Source: Verrucomicrobiota bacterium (GTDB taxonomy: Bacteria > Verrucomicrobiota > Verrucomicrobiia > Limisphaerales > Palsa-1400). From it: a DNA stretch of 64,000 bases. Under the pieces are notes generated by a model. That model made no database searches. It was not told the origin of the DNA and saw only the letters and a list, made by a program, of their open reading frames with translations. Positions 28,389 through 39,801 of this stretch are shown in pieces (within the stretch, counting starts at the first letter, position 1; each line of letters opens with the position of its first letter). The position numbers were made by a program, and so were the translations under genes. The DNA lies in assembly GCA_049510745.1 (NCBI GenBank), contig JBEKYR010000017.1:27873-91872 (forward strand), read 5' to 3'.

Positions 28389-30947
28389 GTGGCTTTGACG
28401 CTGTATGACTTGATTCCGCGGGAAGAGCGCCCCGGCAACGACGTTCTGCTGGGGCGCTTCCTTGAGTACGCCCAGGGACGGGGGCTTGAGCTTTATCCGG
28501 CGCAGGAAAATGCCGTGCTCGAGCTGTTTGAGGAGAAAAACGTCATTTTGAACACGCCCACAGGCTCGGGCAAATCGCTGGTCGCGGCGGCCGTGCAATT
28601 CAAGGCTTTGGCCCAAGGCAAGCGCTCCGTTTACACCTGCCCGATCAAGGCTCTGGTCAACGAAAAATGGATGGCCCTGTGCCGCGAGTTTGGAGCGGAC
28701 AACGTCGGCCTGAGCACCGGCGACGCTTCCGTGAACCGCGACGCGCCCATTCTTTGCTGCACCGCTGAAATCCTGGCGAATATCGCCCTTCGTGAAGGAG
28801 CGAAGGCTGCCTTCCAGGAAGTCATCATGGACGAATTTCACTACTACGCCGACCGGGAGAGGGGCGTCGCCTGGCAGGTGCCAATCCTGACCCTGCCGCA
28901 GGCGAGATTCCTGTTGATGTCGGCGACTCTCGGCGAGACGGCCTTTTTCGAGGATGAACTCACAAAACGGAATGGGCGGCCCACCGTTACGATTCAGTCC
29001 AGTGACCGGCCTGTCCCACTCGAATTCGCGTATTCGGAGATTACACTCGCCCAAACGCTGGAACGGCTCGCCGGCGAAGGCAAAAGCCCCGTCTATGTCG
29101 TTCACTTCACGCAACTGGAAGCCGCGCAAAGCGCGCAGGATTTTACGAGCATCAATGTTTGCACGCGGGAGGAAAAAAATGCCATCAGCGCCGTGCTCGA
29201 GGGGTTCAAATTCAGCAGTCCGTATGGCCCTGATATCCGCCGGTGGCTCAAGCACGGGATCGGGTTGCACCACGCGGGCCTTTTGCCGAAATACCGTGTC
29301 TTGGTGGAGCAACTGACTCAAAAAGGCCTCCTCAAAGTTGTTTGCGGCACGGACACACTGGGGGCCGGGATTAACATGCCCATCCGCACCGCGCTTTTCA
29401 CCCGGCTCTGCAAATTCGACGGCCAGAAGACCGTGATTTTGAGCGCGCGCGATTTTCACCAGATCTCCGGCCGCGCCGGCCGGAAGGGATTCGATGATCG
29501 CGGATGGGTCGTGGCGCAGGCGCCCGAGCACGTGATCGAGAACATCAAGCTGGACGAAAAGACGGCCAAAGCCGGCAAGAAGTCGGTCAAGCGCAAGCCC
29601 CCGGAGAGGAACTTCGTCAATTGGGACAAGCAAACTTTCCTTCGCCTCATTCACGCGCAGCCGGAGAGGTTGACCTCCCGGTTCCAGGTGACCCACGGGA
29701 TGCTGCTTAACGTCCTGAGCCGGAAAGGCGACGGCTGCCGGGCGATGCAAAGGTTGATTCGCGACTGCCACGAAACGCCCAAGGCCAAGAAGGAGCACGC
29801 CAAGCGGGCCTGGCAACTGTTCCACTCGCTCGTGGAGCGGAAGATTATCGAGTTCATCCCAAGGACCGAGGAGGGGGCCTACCTGCGCGTGAACGTGGAT
29901 TTGCAGGATGATTTTTCGATGGACCAGGCGCTTTCGCTCTATTTGCTTGACACGATTCCGCTGCTGGACCCCCAGGCGCCCGATTTCCCCCTCGTCCTGC
30001 TCACCCTGGTGGAATCCATTCTCGAAGACCCGGACCTCATCTTGCGCAAGCAGCTCGACAAGCTCAAAAACCAGAAAGTGGCCGAGATGAAGATGGCCGG
30101 CGTCGAATACGATGAGCGGATGGAGGAGCTTGAAAAACTCGAGTACCCGAAGCCCAACCGCGAGTTCATCTACTCCACGTTCAACGCGTTCGCCGACAAG
30201 CATCCCTGGGTCGGCCAGGAAAACATCCGCCCCAAATCCATCGCCCGGGAGATGTTCGAGAACTTCCGCTCCTTTTCCGATTACATACGGGACTACGAAT
30301 TGCAGCGCGCCGAGGGAGTCCTGCTTCGGCATCTGAACAGCGTTTACAAGGTTCTCTCCCAAACCGTCCCCGATGCGGTGAAAAACGATGCGGTTCAGGA
30401 GCTGGAGCTATACCTCCGCGCCATGATCAGTCAGGTGGACTCCAGCCTGCTGGACGAATGGGAGAAAATGCGCGACCCGAATTACCAACGCGCCGAAACC
30501 AAAGAAGTGCGGCCGCCCGGCGCCGAGAAAGCGGAAAAGGACATCACGCAGGACGCCAAGGCGTTCACGGCGGCCATCCGCAACCGCATCTTCAGTTTCC
30601 TGCGCGGGCTGGTGAACCAGGATTTCGAGCAGGCCCTCACGCACCTCGATTCCCCGCAAGACCCCGACGGGCAGCCTTGGACGGCCGACCGGCTGGCGCA
30701 GGTCCTCGATTCCTATTACGCCGAGCATGAGCGCATTTGCCTGGACCCGAACGCCCGCAACGCGCGCCACACCTACGTGCTGCCGGCCGAAGACAAACGG
30801 ACTTGGCGGATCCAGCAGATGTTGGTGGACCCGGCGGAGCACAACGACTGGGTGGCGGAGTTCGAGGTGGACTCGGCGCAGTCGCGAGCGGCGAACGCGC
30901 CCGTACTGCGCCTGCGAAAAATCGGCAGTCTGCAACGCCTGACATGA
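28389..30947 (+). CDS. Ski2-like DEAD/DEAH-box helicase with DUF3516-type C-terminus
   Basis: [50 protein letters not shown]. Confidence 0.93.
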   Translation: MALTLYDLIPREERPGNDVLLGRFLEYAQGRGLELYPAQENAVLELFEEKNVILNTPTGSGKSLVAAAVQFKALAQGKRSVYTCPIKALVNEKWMALCREFGADNVGLSTGDASVNRDAPILCCTAEILANIALREGAKAAFQEVIMDEFHYYADRERGVAWQVPILTLPQARFLLMSATLGETAFFEDELTKRNGRPTVTIQSSDRPVPLEFAYSEITLAQTLERLAGEGKSPVYVVHFTQLEAAQSAQDFTSINVCTREEKNAISAVLEGFKFSSPYGPDIRRWLKHGIGLHHAGLLPKYRVLVEQLTQKGLLKVVCGTDTLGAGINMPIRTALFTRLCKFDGQKTVILSARDFHQISGRAGRKGFDDRGWVVAQAPEHVIENIKLDEKTAKAGKKSVKRKPPERNFVNWDKQTFLRLIHAQPERLTSRFQVTHGMLLNVLSRKGDGCRAMQRLIRDCHETPKAKKEHAKRAWQLFHSLVERKIIEFIPRTEEGAYLRVNVDLQDDFSMDQALSLYLLDTIPLLDPQAPDFPLVLLTLVESILEDPDLILRKQLDKLKNQKVAEMKMAGVEYDERMEELEKLEYPKPNREFIYSTFNAFADKHPWVGQENIRPKSIAREMFENFRSFSDYIRDYELQRAEGVLLRHLNSVYKVLSQTVPDAVKNDAVQELELYLRAMISQVDSSLLDEWEKMRDPNYQRAETKEVRPPGAEKAEKDITQDAKAFTAAIRNRIFSFLRGLVNQDFEQALTHLDSPQDPDGQPWTADRLAQVLDSYYAEHERICLDPNARNARHTYVLPAEDKRTWRIQQMLVDPAEHNDWVAEFEVDSAQSRAANAPVLRLRKIGSLQRLT

Positions 30948-31095
30948 AAGGCAAAACAATTCTTGACAGTATTAACGGGATGAGGAGATTTGCTTCCATG
31001 TGCTATGATTGACTGCGAAAATGGCAAACAGCAACAAATGGCACCATCAAATCTCCGCGACTATGTGGTGGAGACTTGGCATGGCGAAGTGGTCT

Positions 31096-31332
31096 CTAAA
31101 GTTCGTCACCTGGCATTGGCGGGACATTCGGGACCTTGGCCATTGCCGCCTGGAAATTCTGGCGGCTGCCGCGCTGCGCGTGCCGCTCAAGTTCCCTGAA
31201 ATCCTCGAAGGCGCGGGCAAATTCTTCGAGCTTCCGCAACGCGAACGCATTGACCGATTGATGGTCGTGTGACGCCAGGTTTTCCAGTTTCGCGTAAACG
31301 TCATCCGGCATGTTCAGTTCAATTGCTTTCAT
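31096..31332 (-). CDS. Ribbon-helix-helix-type antitoxin
   Basis: IELNMPDDVYAKLENLA..QSVNAF...KVPNVPPMPGDEL; overlaps the PIN stop. Confidence 0.75.
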   Translation of the reverse strand: MKAIELNMPDDVYAKLENLASHDHQSVNAFALRKLEEFARAFEDFRELERHAQRGSRQNFQAAMAKVPNVPPMPGDEL

Positions 31333-31757
31333 TTGCTTTCGCCTATCAGTTTGAGCAGGTCCGCAGGCTTGAGGACTTCGATGCCAAATTCTCTGGCCAC
31401 ACGGAGGTGCCGTTCATTGAAAGATACCACAAAGTCACACCCTCCGGCAATAGCGGCTTCCAAAATCGCGTCATCGTCTGGATCGGATGACAAAGGACGC
31501 CACGAAAACCAGACCAACTGCCGGTGTGACTGCTGATAAATCAGGTCCAGGATATTGCTGATGTCCTGCGGCAATAATCCGGGCGCGTTGCCGGGCCTCC
31601 GAGCCACGGCTTCGTACTCGTACATCAGCGCCGGCGTGACCACGCTCTCCCATCGAGAATGCCCAATGGTGAGCAACAGCCGGTGCGATGCTCCGGTTTG
31701 CGAGCGCATGGCGGCCAAAATCACATTGGTGTCCAAAATGACCCGGTAGCGTTTCAC
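31329..31757 (-). CDS. PIN-domain toxin (toxin-first TA pair)
   Basis: VILDTNVI...EYE...DPDDDAILEAAIAG...VSFNERHL. Confidence 0.9.
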   Translation of the reverse strand: MKRYRVILDTNVILAAMRSQTGASHRLLLTIGHSRWESVVTPALMYEYEAVARRPGNAPGLLPQDISNILDLIYQQSHRQLVWFSWRPLSSDPDDDAILEAAIAGGCDFVVSFNERHLRVAREFGIEVLKPADLLKLIGESK

Positions 31758-31904
31758 GGGCAGTCAATACAGAGCTTGAAATCAGATTCTTTCTTTCCCG
31801 TATCCCGCCGTCAACCCATCTTTTCCGCACGCAAAGACCTTCTCGGCAGAACTCGGGTGAACTCTGCTTCCAAGACCAAACTCCATTGCGTGGAGGCGGA
31901 TTTG

Positions 31905-32849
31905 ATGGTTGAGTTTCCGGTGGTGCAAACGAAAGCAAATAACGGCGCGATTGCGGCGGGGTTGGTGTTCGCGGTGTTTCTTTGGGGCGCCAATAACACC
32001 GCAGTCAAATACTTGGTGAGGTTCTGGCCGCCGATTGCCATCGGGAGCACGCGGTTTCTGGCCGCGGGGCTGGTTCTGCTGGCGCTGTTGCGCTGGACCA
32101 AACTCTTTGGCGGGCGGAGCGCGCTCTCGGCGGAGTTGAAAAAAATGCTCTGGTGGCGGGGCGGATTGAGCCTGGCGGTCTATATCGTGGTGTTCAATTG
32201 GGCGCTCAAATTGACCTCGCTCTCGCACGTAGCCCTTTACCTGGGCGCGGCGCCGGTTTGGGCGCTGCTCTGGGAGGGGCCGCCGGAACGAAACTGGCGC
32301 TCGGCGCAACGTTACGGGGCGGCGGCGCTGGCTTTGGGCGGCGTCCTGGTGCTGTTTTTGCCCACCTTGCGGCAGGCCGGCGGCTCGTTGCCGGGCGAAA
32401 TCCTCGGCCTGGCCTGCGGCGTCCTGTGGACCAATTTCGGCGTGCAATGCCGTTCCTTGGGGCGCGATCTTTCCGGCGCCGAGATTTCCGCGCACACCTT
32501 TTGGCGGGCGGGCCTGCTGCTCGCCCCGCTGGCCCTGATCGAGGTCTCCACCGCCGCCAGCATCCCGTGGCGCCTGGACCTGGTTGGGGCGCAGCTTTTT
32601 TGCGTGCTGGGCGGCGGCGTGGTGGCCTTCGCCTTGTGGAACGGCGCGTTGCGCCACTGGAAAACGAGTCAAGTCTATCTTTTCAACAACCTCATCCCGC
32701 TCAGCAACATGGCCTGGGCCAACGTCTGCCTGGGGGAGCCGGTGACGAGCACCTTCTGGGTGGCGATGGCCTTGATCGCGGCGGGCGTGGCGCTCGGCCA
32801 GGCAAACTGGCAAAAGATCTTTGGCGCGCTCTGGCCGCCCTATGATTAA
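31905..32849 (+). CDS. EamA/DMT family transporter
   Basis: LWGAN...RFLAAG..., about ten TM helices, LGEP; GGAGG RBS. Confidence 0.88.
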   Translation: MVEFPVVQTKANNGAIAAGLVFAVFLWGANNTAVKYLVRFWPPIAIGSTRFLAAGLVLLALLRWTKLFGGRSALSAELKKMLWWRGGLSLAVYIVVFNWALKLTSLSHVALYLGAAPVWALLWEGPPERNWRSAQRYGAAALALGGVLVLFLPTLRQAGGSLPGEILGLACGVLWTNFGVQCRSLGRDLSGAEISAHTFWRAGLLLAPLALIEVSTAASIPWRLDLVGAQLFCVLGGGVVAFALWNGALRHWKTSQVYLFNNLIPLSNMAWANVCLGEPVTSTFWVAMALIAAGVALGQANWQKIFGALWPPYD

Positions 32850-32858
32850 ATTCCGAGT

Positions 32859-35800
32859 ATGAGCACTGGCAATGACGTTCGCGTCTGGACCGGGGAACTC
32901 CTCCTCCCCACCTACCGGCCCGAGGCGCCGGACCGGAACCCGATGTTTCTGGAGAAGCGCGTCTATCAGGGCAGCAGCGGCAAGGTCTATCCGCTCCCCT
33001 TCACCGACCGCATCGCCGGGGAGAAATCCGACCGCGCCTGGAAAGCCGTCTGGTTGGAAAACCAATATCTGCGCGTGCTGATCCTGCCCGAAATCGGCGG
33101 ACGCATTTATTCGATCCAGGACAAACTCAGCGGCGCCGATCTCATTTACAACCAGCCGGTCATTAAACCGGCCCTGGTCGGGCTGGCCGGTCCGTGGGCC
33201 TCCGGCGGCATCGAGTTCAACTGGCCGCAACACCATCGCCCCGCCACCTTTCTGCCCGTCGATGTGCGCATCGAGGAAAGCCCCGACGGCTCGAAGACCG
33301 TCTGGTGCGGCGACCACGATCCGATGGCGCGGATGAAAGGCATGCACGGCGTTTGCCTGCATCCGGGCCGGGCGCTGCTGGAATTGCGCGTCCGCGCCTA
33401 CAACCGCACGCCGTTGGCGCAAACCTTTCTCTGGTGGGCCAACGCCGCCATTCGCGTCCATGAAGCCTATCAAAGTTTTTTCCCGCCGGATGTCTTTTAC
33501 GTGGCCGACCACGCCCGGCGCGCGATCAGCCAATACCCGCTGTGCCGGGGCCGTTATTACGGGGTGGATTACGCGGCGCGCGGGCGCCAGGGCGTGCCCG
33601 CGGAGGAGCGGCCCTGGCAATTCATCCCGCCGCATTGCCTGGACGGCGCGTCCGCCCGCCCCGCCCGCTCGCGCGTGACCGCGTCCCTGCCGCGTTACGC
33701 GCCCAATGACTTGTCCTTTTACGCCAACATCCCCACGCCCTGCTCCTATATGTGCATGGGGTCGAAGGAGGATTTCTGCGGCGGCTACGATTATTTCAGC
33801 GAAGTCGGCCTGATCCACCTGGCCAACCACCACATCGCGCCCGGCAAGAAGCAATGGACGTGGGGCAATCACCCGTTCGGCTACAGTTGGGACCGCAACT
33901 TGACCGACCCTGACGCGCAGGGCGAATACGGCCCCTACATCGAATTGATGGCCGGCGTCTATACCGACAACCAGCCTGATTTCAGTTTCCTGCAACCCGG
34001 CGAAACCAAAGCCTGGAGCCAGTTCTGGTATCCAATCCGCAAAATCGGTCCCGCCCAACACGCCAACCTCGAAGCCGCCGTCAGCCTGGCGTTGGAACCG
34101 CGCCGCTTTCGCCTCGGCATCAGCGTGACCCGCGAATTCCCCGGCGCCGCCATTCGGTTGGAACGTACGGGAAACCGCCAAACCGCAGCCGAGTGGAAGG
34201 CCGACCTTGCGCCCGGAAAACCGTTTCTCCTCGATTCCCCGCAAGCGCGCAAGCCCTGGCGCATCGGTCAAACGACCTTGCGCGTGTTGGACGGCGCCGG
34301 CCATGAAATCATTTCCTATTCGCCCCAACCGCGCCGCCAGGGCGCGATTCCGCCGCCGGCGGACCAACCGCCGCCGCCGCGCGAAGTTCCCAGCGCCGAC
34401 GAATTGTTCGTGACCGGCCTGCACCTGGAACAATACCGCCACGCCACCCGCGACCCGGCTGCCTACTGGCGCGAAGCCTTGCGGCGCGATCCGCTGGATT
34501 GCCGCTGCAACAACGCCCTGGGCCTCTGGCATCTCCGCCGCGGCGAATTCGAGCAGGCATGGCTGTGCTTCCAGCGTGCCATCGAACGGTTGACGCGGCG
34601 CAATCCCAACCCCTATGACGGCGAGCCGTATTACAATTTAGGATTGACTCTGGTTTGGCTGGACCGCGCCGACGAGGCGTACGCCGCCTTTTACAAGGCC
34701 GCCTGGAGCCAGGCCTGGACCGGCCCCGCGTATCATGCGCTGGCTGAACTGGACGGACGCCGCGGCGATTGGGCCGCCGCCCTGGATCATCTGGGCCGTT
34801 CGTTGCGCGCCGGGCCCGAGAACCTGCGCGCGCGCGATTTGCAAGCGGTGGCGCTGCGCCGACTCGGCCGCGCCGACGAGGCGGACCGCCTCTTGCGCGA
34901 AACCCTGGTCATCGACCCGCTGGATTGGCAGGCCCGGTGGCTCCTGGGCGAACCGCTCTCCTGCGACGCCCAAACGCGGCTCGATCTGGCGCACGATTTG
35001 GCCCGCGCCGGCCTTTACACCGAAGCCATCTCGCTGCTCAAGGGGTTCCATTTCGCCGCGCGCGATCTGCCCGATCAATCCCTCGGCGCCGCTCCTCTGC
35101 TCGCGTACACCGTGGGCTGGTTGCACGGCAAAACTGGCAACGATGCCGAGGCCCTCGCCTGCTATAAACGGGCCGCCGCCGCCCCGCCCGCCTATTGCTT
35201 CCCGGCGCGCCTGGAAGAAATCGCGGTCCTGACCGCAGCCATGGCGGCCAACCCGCGCGACGCGCGCGCCCCGTATTACCTGGGCAACCTTTTCTACGAC
35301 CGCCGCCGTCATAAAGAGGCGATTCGACTTTGGGAAAAGAGCGCGAGACTTGACCCCTCGTTTTCCGTCGTCTGGCGCAATCTCGGCATCGCGTACTTCA
35401 ACGTGTCCAAAAATCCGGGCCGCTCGCGCCGGGCTTATGACAAGGCGCTTGCCGCCAATCCAGACGACGCCCGGCTCCTCTTTGAGCGGGACCAATTGTG
35501 CAAGCGCCTGGGGGACCCGCCCGCAAAACGGCTGGCCGAGTTGGAAAAATATCCACGCCTGGTGCGGCGGCGCGACGATCTCTGCCTCGAACTATGCGCG
35601 CTTTACAATCAAACCGGCCGGCACGAAAAAGCTTGCGAAATCCTGGCGGCGCGAAAATTCCAGCCGTGGGAAGGCGGCGAGGGATTGGCTCTCGGCCAGC
35701 ATGTCCGCACCCGTCTGGCCCTCGGACGGACGGCCCTGGCCGCCGGCGACGCCGCCCGCGCCGCCAGCCACTTCCACCTCGCGCTGCAATCGCCCGAGAA

Positions 35801-36314
35801 CCTCGGCGAAGCCCGCCATTTGCTGGCCAACCAGAGCGATGCTCATTACTGGCTCGGCTCGGCCCTCGCCGCCGCCGGCGAGAAGGCGCGCGCGCGCGAA
35901 CACTGGCGCGCCGCCGCCGATTTTCGCGGCGATTTCCAGGAAATGAGCTGCCGCTCCTTCTCCGAGATGACCTATTACTCCGCCCTGGCCTGGCGGCGTT
36001 TGGGCCGGAAAGCCAGGGCCGCAAAGCTTTTCCGCGATCTGCTCGCTTACGCCCGCCGGCTCCGGCGCGCCCCCGCCGCCATCGACTATTTCGCCACCTC
36101 GCTGCCGGCGATGCTGCTCTTCGAGGACGATCTCCCCTTCCGCCAGGAGACGGCGGCCTTGTTCCTCCAGGCGCAGGCGCAGCTTGGCCTGGGGGCGGTC
36201 CGCGCATCCGAAAAGTTATTGACAGAAGTTCTCCGGCGGGACCCCAACCACGCGCCCGCCGCCGATTTGCGCGCCGAGCTGGCGCTTCCCCGTTTTTGTC
36301 AACCCTCTGGTTAA
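32859..36314 (+). CDS. DUF5107-domain TPR protein
   Basis: PMFLEKRVYQGSSGKVYP, KPALVGLAGPWASGGIEFNWPQHHRP, PGKKQWTWG, ELMAGVYTDNQPDF, then many TPRs. Confidence 0.85.
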   Translation: MSTGNDVRVWTGELLLPTYRPEAPDRNPMFLEKRVYQGSSGKVYPLPFTDRIAGEKSDRAWKAVWLENQYLRVLILPEIGGRIYSIQDKLSGADLIYNQPVIKPALVGLAGPWASGGIEFNWPQHHRPATFLPVDVRIEESPDGSKTVWCGDHDPMARMKGMHGVCLHPGRALLELRVRAYNRTPLAQTFLWWANAAIRVHEAYQSFFPPDVFYVADHARRAISQYPLCRGRYYGVDYAARGRQGVPAEERPWQFIPPHCLDGASARPARSRVTASLPRYAPNDLSFYANIPTPCSYMCMGSKEDFCGGYDYFSEVGLIHLANHHIAPGKKQWTWGNHPFGYSWDRNLTDPDAQGEYGPYIELMAGVYTDNQPDFSFLQPGETKAWSQFWYPIRKIGPAQHANLEAAVSLALEPRRFRLGISVTREFPGAAIRLERTGNRQTAAEWKADLAPGKPFLLDSPQARKPWRIGQTTLRVLDGAGHEIISYSPQPRRQGAIPPPADQPPPPREVPSADELFVTGLHLEQYRHATRDPAAYWREALRRDPLDCRCNNALGLWHLRRGEFEQAWLCFQRAIERLTRRNPNPYDGEPYYNLGLTLVWLDRADEAYAAFYKAAWSQAWTGPAYHALAELDGRRGDWAAALDHLGRSLRAGPENLRARDLQAVALRRLGRADEADRLLRETLVIDPLDWQARWLLGEPLSCDAQTRLDLAHDLARAGLYTEAISLLKGFHFAARDLPDQSLGAAPLLAYTVGWLHGKTGNDAEALACYKRAAAAPPAYCFPARLEEIAVLTAAMAANPRDARAPYYLGNLFYDRRRHKEAIRLWEKSARLDPSFSVVWRNLGIAYFNVSKNPGRSRRAYDKALAANPDDARLLFERDQLCKRLGDPPAKRLAELEKYPRLVRRRDDLCLELCALYNQTGRHEKACEILAARKFQPWEGGEGLALGQHVRTRLALGRTALAAGDAARAASHFHLALQSPENLGEARHLLANQSDAHYWLGSALAAAGEKARAREHWRAAADFRGDFQEMSCRSFSEMTYYSALAWRRLGRKARAAKLFRDLLAYARRLRRAPAAIDYFATSLPAMLLFEDDLPFRQETAALFLQAQAQLGLGAVRASEKLLTEVLRRDPNHAPAADLRAELALPRFCQPSG

Positions 36315-36377
36315 TGAGGGACACTCGCTGGCCGCACTCAGGCGCAAAAGAATGACGAAATTCATGCGGGTGCAGTT

Positions 36378-36405
36378 TTCATCCTTCATCCTTCTTCCTT
36401 CTACC
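36378..36405 (+). repeat. Heptamer tandem repeat TTCATCC
   Basis: TTCATCC TTCATCC TTCTTCC TTCTACC; same unit as 57862-57936. Confidence 0.8.
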
Positions 36406-36441
36406 TTGTCTTGCCCCGGTCAAGGCTGGTAGAAAATAAAA

Positions 36442-36903
36442 ATGAACCAGAAATCGCCCCGGACAAGGCGCGCCAATTCCGCCGAGGCCTCCCCCTCCAA
36501 CCGCCAGAGATTGTTCCGCCTGGCCCGCGCCGCCATGAAACACGCCTACGCGCCCTATTCGGGTTTCCGCGTCGGCGCCGCCATCCTCCTGCGCGATGGC
36601 CGGGTCTTTGCCGGCTGCAACGTCGAAAACGCCTCCTACGGCCTGACCCTCTGCGCCGAGCGCAACGCCATTGTTGCCGCCGTCGCCGCCAGCGCGAAGA
36701 AGCCGGAGATCGTGGCGGTGGCGGTGGCCAATCATCGCGGCGCGCCATGTTCGCCGTGCGGGGCGTGCCGCCAGGTCATCGCCGAGTTTGGGCCGCGGGC
36801 GGTGGTTTGGTATTTGGGCGCCGACGGCATCGTGCGGCGGACGATGCAGGAATTGCTGGTGGATGGCTTCCGTTTGTGTCCAAATAAGCCCGCCCACCGG
36901 TGA
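36442..36903 (+). CDS. cdd: Cytidine deaminase
   Basis: YAPYSGFRVGAA, GCNVENASYG, CAER, PCGACRQ. Confidence 0.95.
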   Translation: MNQKSPRTRRANSAEASPSNRQRLFRLARAAMKHAYAPYSGFRVGAAILLRDGRVFAGCNVENASYGLTLCAERNAIVAAVAASAKKPEIVAVAVANHRGAPCSPCGACRQVIAEFGPRAVVWYLGADGIVRRTMQELLVDGFRLCPNKPAHR

Positions 36904-36927
36904 ACGCCGGAGTGTGCCTTTAACCAG

Positions 36928-38286
36928 ATGCGACCGGTTGACCTGATCCGCAAAAAACGCGACGGCGGCGAGCATTCGCCCCAGGAAATCTCGTCCCTGG
37001 TCGAAGCCTTCACCCGCGGCGCGGTGCCCGATTACCAAATGTCGGCCTGGCTGATGGCCGTGTTCCTGCGCGGCATGTCCGAGGCCGAATCCGCCGCCCT
37101 GACCGACGCCATGATGCGCTCCGGCCAGGTCCTCGACCTGGGCGACTTGCCCGGCGTCAAGGTGGACAAGCATTCGACCGGCGGCGTGGGCGACAAGACA
37201 TCGCTGATCCTGGCGCCGATTGTCGCGGCGGGCGGGTTGACGGTGCCGATGATCAGCGGGCGCGGCCTGGGCCACACCGGCGGCACGTTGGACAAACTTG
37301 AATCCATCCCCGGTTTCAACGTCAACCTCTCCCCGCGCCAGTTCTTCCAGGTGCTCCGTCAAGCCGGTTGCTCGCTCATCGGCCAGACGGCGGAGATCGT
37401 GCCCGCCGACAAAAAGATGTACGCCTTGCGCGACGTCACCGGGACGGTCGAAAGCCCGGCGCTGATCTGCGCCAGCATCATGAGCAAGAAACTGGCCGAA
37501 GGCATCGACGCGCTGGTGTTGGATGTCAAGACCGGCTCGGGCGCTTTCATGAAACGCCAGGAAGACGCCGAGCACCTGGCCGCCATGATGGTCCAGACGG
37601 GCCGCCGCATGGGCAAGAAAATGGCCGCGCTCATCACGGACATGGACCAGCCTCTGGGCCGCGCGGTCGGAAACAGCCTGGAAGTCCTCGAATGCCTGGA
37701 GATTCTCCGCGGCGAACGGAACCCGATGAGCGAAGACCTTCGCCATCTTTCCCTGGAACTTTCCGCCTGGATGTTCCACTTGGGCGGCGCCGCCGCGAAT
37801 GTCCAAAGTGGCCGGGAACTCGCCGCGAAACTGCTCGCCGGCGGCCAGGCCCTCGCCAAATTTCGCGAACTCTGCCGCCTGCAAGGGGCCGATCCGCGCG
37901 TCGTCGATGAGCCGTCGCGTTTGCCCGCCGCCAAATCCACCGCCCAGTTCACGGCGTCGGCGGACGGCTATATCGAGCGCATTGACTGTGAACAAGCCGG
38001 CCTGGCCAGCCTCGTTCTGGGCGGGGGCCGAAACAAACAGGACGACCTCATCGACCATGCCGTCGGCCTGGAGCTATGGAAGAAGCTGGGCGACCCCGTC
38101 AAGGCCGGCGAACCGATCGCCACCGTCCATTACAACGACCCGGAAAAGCTGCCGGAAGCGATGCGATGCCTGAAGACGGCGTACCGCATCGGCCCCAAAC
38201 CGCCGGCCGCGCCGCGCGTCATTGTCAAGACTATCATTGAAGGAGTTGAACCGGCCGAACCCGCCAAATCCCCATGCAACCATTAA
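36928..38286 (+). CDS. pdp: Pyrimidine-nucleoside/thymidine phosphorylase
   Basis: DKHSTGGVGDK, SGRGLGHTGGTLDKLE, RDVTGTV, SIMSKK, DVKTGSGAFM. Confidence 0.95.
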   Translation: MRPVDLIRKKRDGGEHSPQEISSLVEAFTRGAVPDYQMSAWLMAVFLRGMSEAESAALTDAMMRSGQVLDLGDLPGVKVDKHSTGGVGDKTSLILAPIVAAGGLTVPMISGRGLGHTGGTLDKLESIPGFNVNLSPRQFFQVLRQAGCSLIGQTAEIVPADKKMYALRDVTGTVESPALICASIMSKKLAEGIDALVLDVKTGSGAFMKRQEDAEHLAAMMVQTGRRMGKKMAALITDMDQPLGRAVGNSLEVLECLEILRGERNPMSEDLRHLSLELSAWMFHLGGAAANVQSGRELAAKLLAGGQALAKFRELCRLQGADPRVVDEPSRLPAAKSTAQFTASADGYIERIDCEQAGLASLVLGGGRNKQDDLIDHAVGLELWKKLGDPVKAGEPIATVHYNDPEKLPEAMRCLKTAYRIGPKPPAAPRVIVKTIIEGVEPAEPAKSPCNH

Positions 38287-39497
38287 CAGGCATCCTGGGC
38301 ATTGTTGCCATCCTCGCCGCCTGCTGGGCGTTTTCCACCAACCGCGCGGTCATTAAATGGAAAATCATCGCCTGGGGCCTTGGCCTGCAATTGCTCTTCG
38401 CCTTCATCGTCTTGAAATTCGATTGGGGGCAGAAGGCGATGGGCGCGGCGGGCGCCGCCGTCAACAAACTCCTCCATTACGCCTTCGACGGCGCATCCTT
38501 CGTCTTCGGCCCGCTGGCGGACCCCGTCGGCAAGGATGGATTCGTCTTCGCGTTCGCCATACTGCCGACGATCATCTTCATGGCCTCGTTCTTCGCCGTG
38601 CTCTATCACCTGGGCGTCATGCAAGTCATCATCCGGGGCGCGGCCTGGGTGATGACGCGGTTGATGGGGGTGAGCGGCGCGGAATCGCTCAACGTGGCTG
38701 CGAGCGTTTTCATGGGGCAAACAGAAGCGCCGCTGACCATCCGCCCCTTGCTGGCCAGGCTCACCCGGTCGGAAATGATGACCGTGATGACCGCCGGCAT
38801 GGCCCACGTCAGCGGCGGCATCATGGCGGCCTACATCGCCTACGGCGTCGAGGCCAAGCATCTTTTGGGCGCGGTCATCATGACCGCCCCCGGCACGCTG
38901 CTGGTGGCCAAGACTCTCGTGCCGGAAACCGAAATACCGGTCAGCGGCAGTAAAGTCGATATTGCCGAAATGGAGGAAGGCAAGAGCGGCAACCTGCTCG
39001 GCGCGATTTCCCGCGGCACGGGCGACGGCCTCAATCTGGCCATCAACGTGGCGGCCATGCTGATCGCGTTCCTGGCGCTGATCGCGCTCTTGAACGGGAT
39101 CATGGCCTGGGTGCATGGTTACGTGAGCTTCTTTCCCGGCAGTCTGCAAACCGTCCTGGGATGGCTTTGCGCGCCCGTTGCCTGGCTGATCGGCATCCCG
39201 TGGAAGGACGCCACGCACATTGGATCGCTGCTGGGCATTCGCATGGTGGGCAATGAATTGATCGCCTACGGCCAGCTCCATGATCTGAAAGAGCAATTGG
39301 ACCCGCGCTCGTTTACGATTGCGACCTATGCGCTGTGCGGGTTTGCCAATCTCAGTTCGATTGGCATTCAAATCGGCGGCATTGGCGCGTTGGCGCCCTC
39401 GCGCAAGGAGGATTTGGCCCGGCTCGGTTTCCGCGCCATGCTGGCCGGGACGATGGCCAACCTCCTCTCCGCCGCCATTGTGGGCCTCATGCTGTGA
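38274..39497 (+). CDS. nupC: CNT/NupC nucleoside transporter
   Basis: LPTIIF, FMGQTEAPL, NELIAY, ALCGFANLSSIGIQIGG. Confidence 0.94.
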   Translation: MQPLTGILGIVAILAACWAFSTNRAVIKWKIIAWGLGLQLLFAFIVLKFDWGQKAMGAAGAAVNKLLHYAFDGASFVFGPLADPVGKDGFVFAFAILPTIIFMASFFAVLYHLGVMQVIIRGAAWVMTRLMGVSGAESLNVAASVFMGQTEAPLTIRPLLARLTRSEMMTVMTAGMAHVSGGIMAAYIAYGVEAKHLLGAVIMTAPGTLLVAKTLVPETEIPVSGSKVDIAEMEEGKSGNLLGAISRGTGDGLNLAINVAAMLIAFLALIALLNGIMAWVHGYVSFFPGSLQTVLGWLCAPVAWLIGIPWKDATHIGSLLGIRMVGNELIAYGQLHDLKEQLDPRSFTIATYALCGFANLSSIGIQIGGIGALAPSRKEDLARLGFRAMLAGTMANLLSAAIVGLML

Positions 39498-39552
39498 CAC
39501 CCGCCTCGCCGAAGTTGACACCCGCCCCGGGTCAACTTAAGTTAAACCCGAC

Positions 39553-39801
39553 ATGAATACCATAATCAATGCCAAGAAACTCCGGGCTTCCCTTCCCGAA
39601 GTGGTGGAGAAGGTGCGGCGCGGCGGGCGTTTCACAGTGCTGTATCGCAGCCGGCCCGCGTTTCAGGTCGTGCCCGTGGACGCCACGCCCGACACAGTGG
39701 GCGAGCTTGCCAGCGAGCCGCTCTATCGCGCCAAGGCCGTCGGACGCTCGACCGACGGCCGTGCCGCCGCGGATCACGACTCCCTCCTTTACGGCGAGTG
39801 A
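39553..39801 (+). CDS. Phd/YefM-type antitoxin
   Basis: INAKKLRASLPEVVEKVRRGGRFTVLYRSRPAFQVVP; overlaps the PIN gene. Confidence 0.8.
   Translation: MNTIINAKKLRASLPEVVEKVRRGGRFTVLYRSRPAFQVVPVDATPDTVGELASEPLYRAKAVGRSTDGRAAADHDSLLYGE

Noticed and set aside
28389..30947. Ski2-like helicase as part of a defence system
   Set aside because: Host-like composition and no nuclease or other defence partner adjacent, only a TA pair
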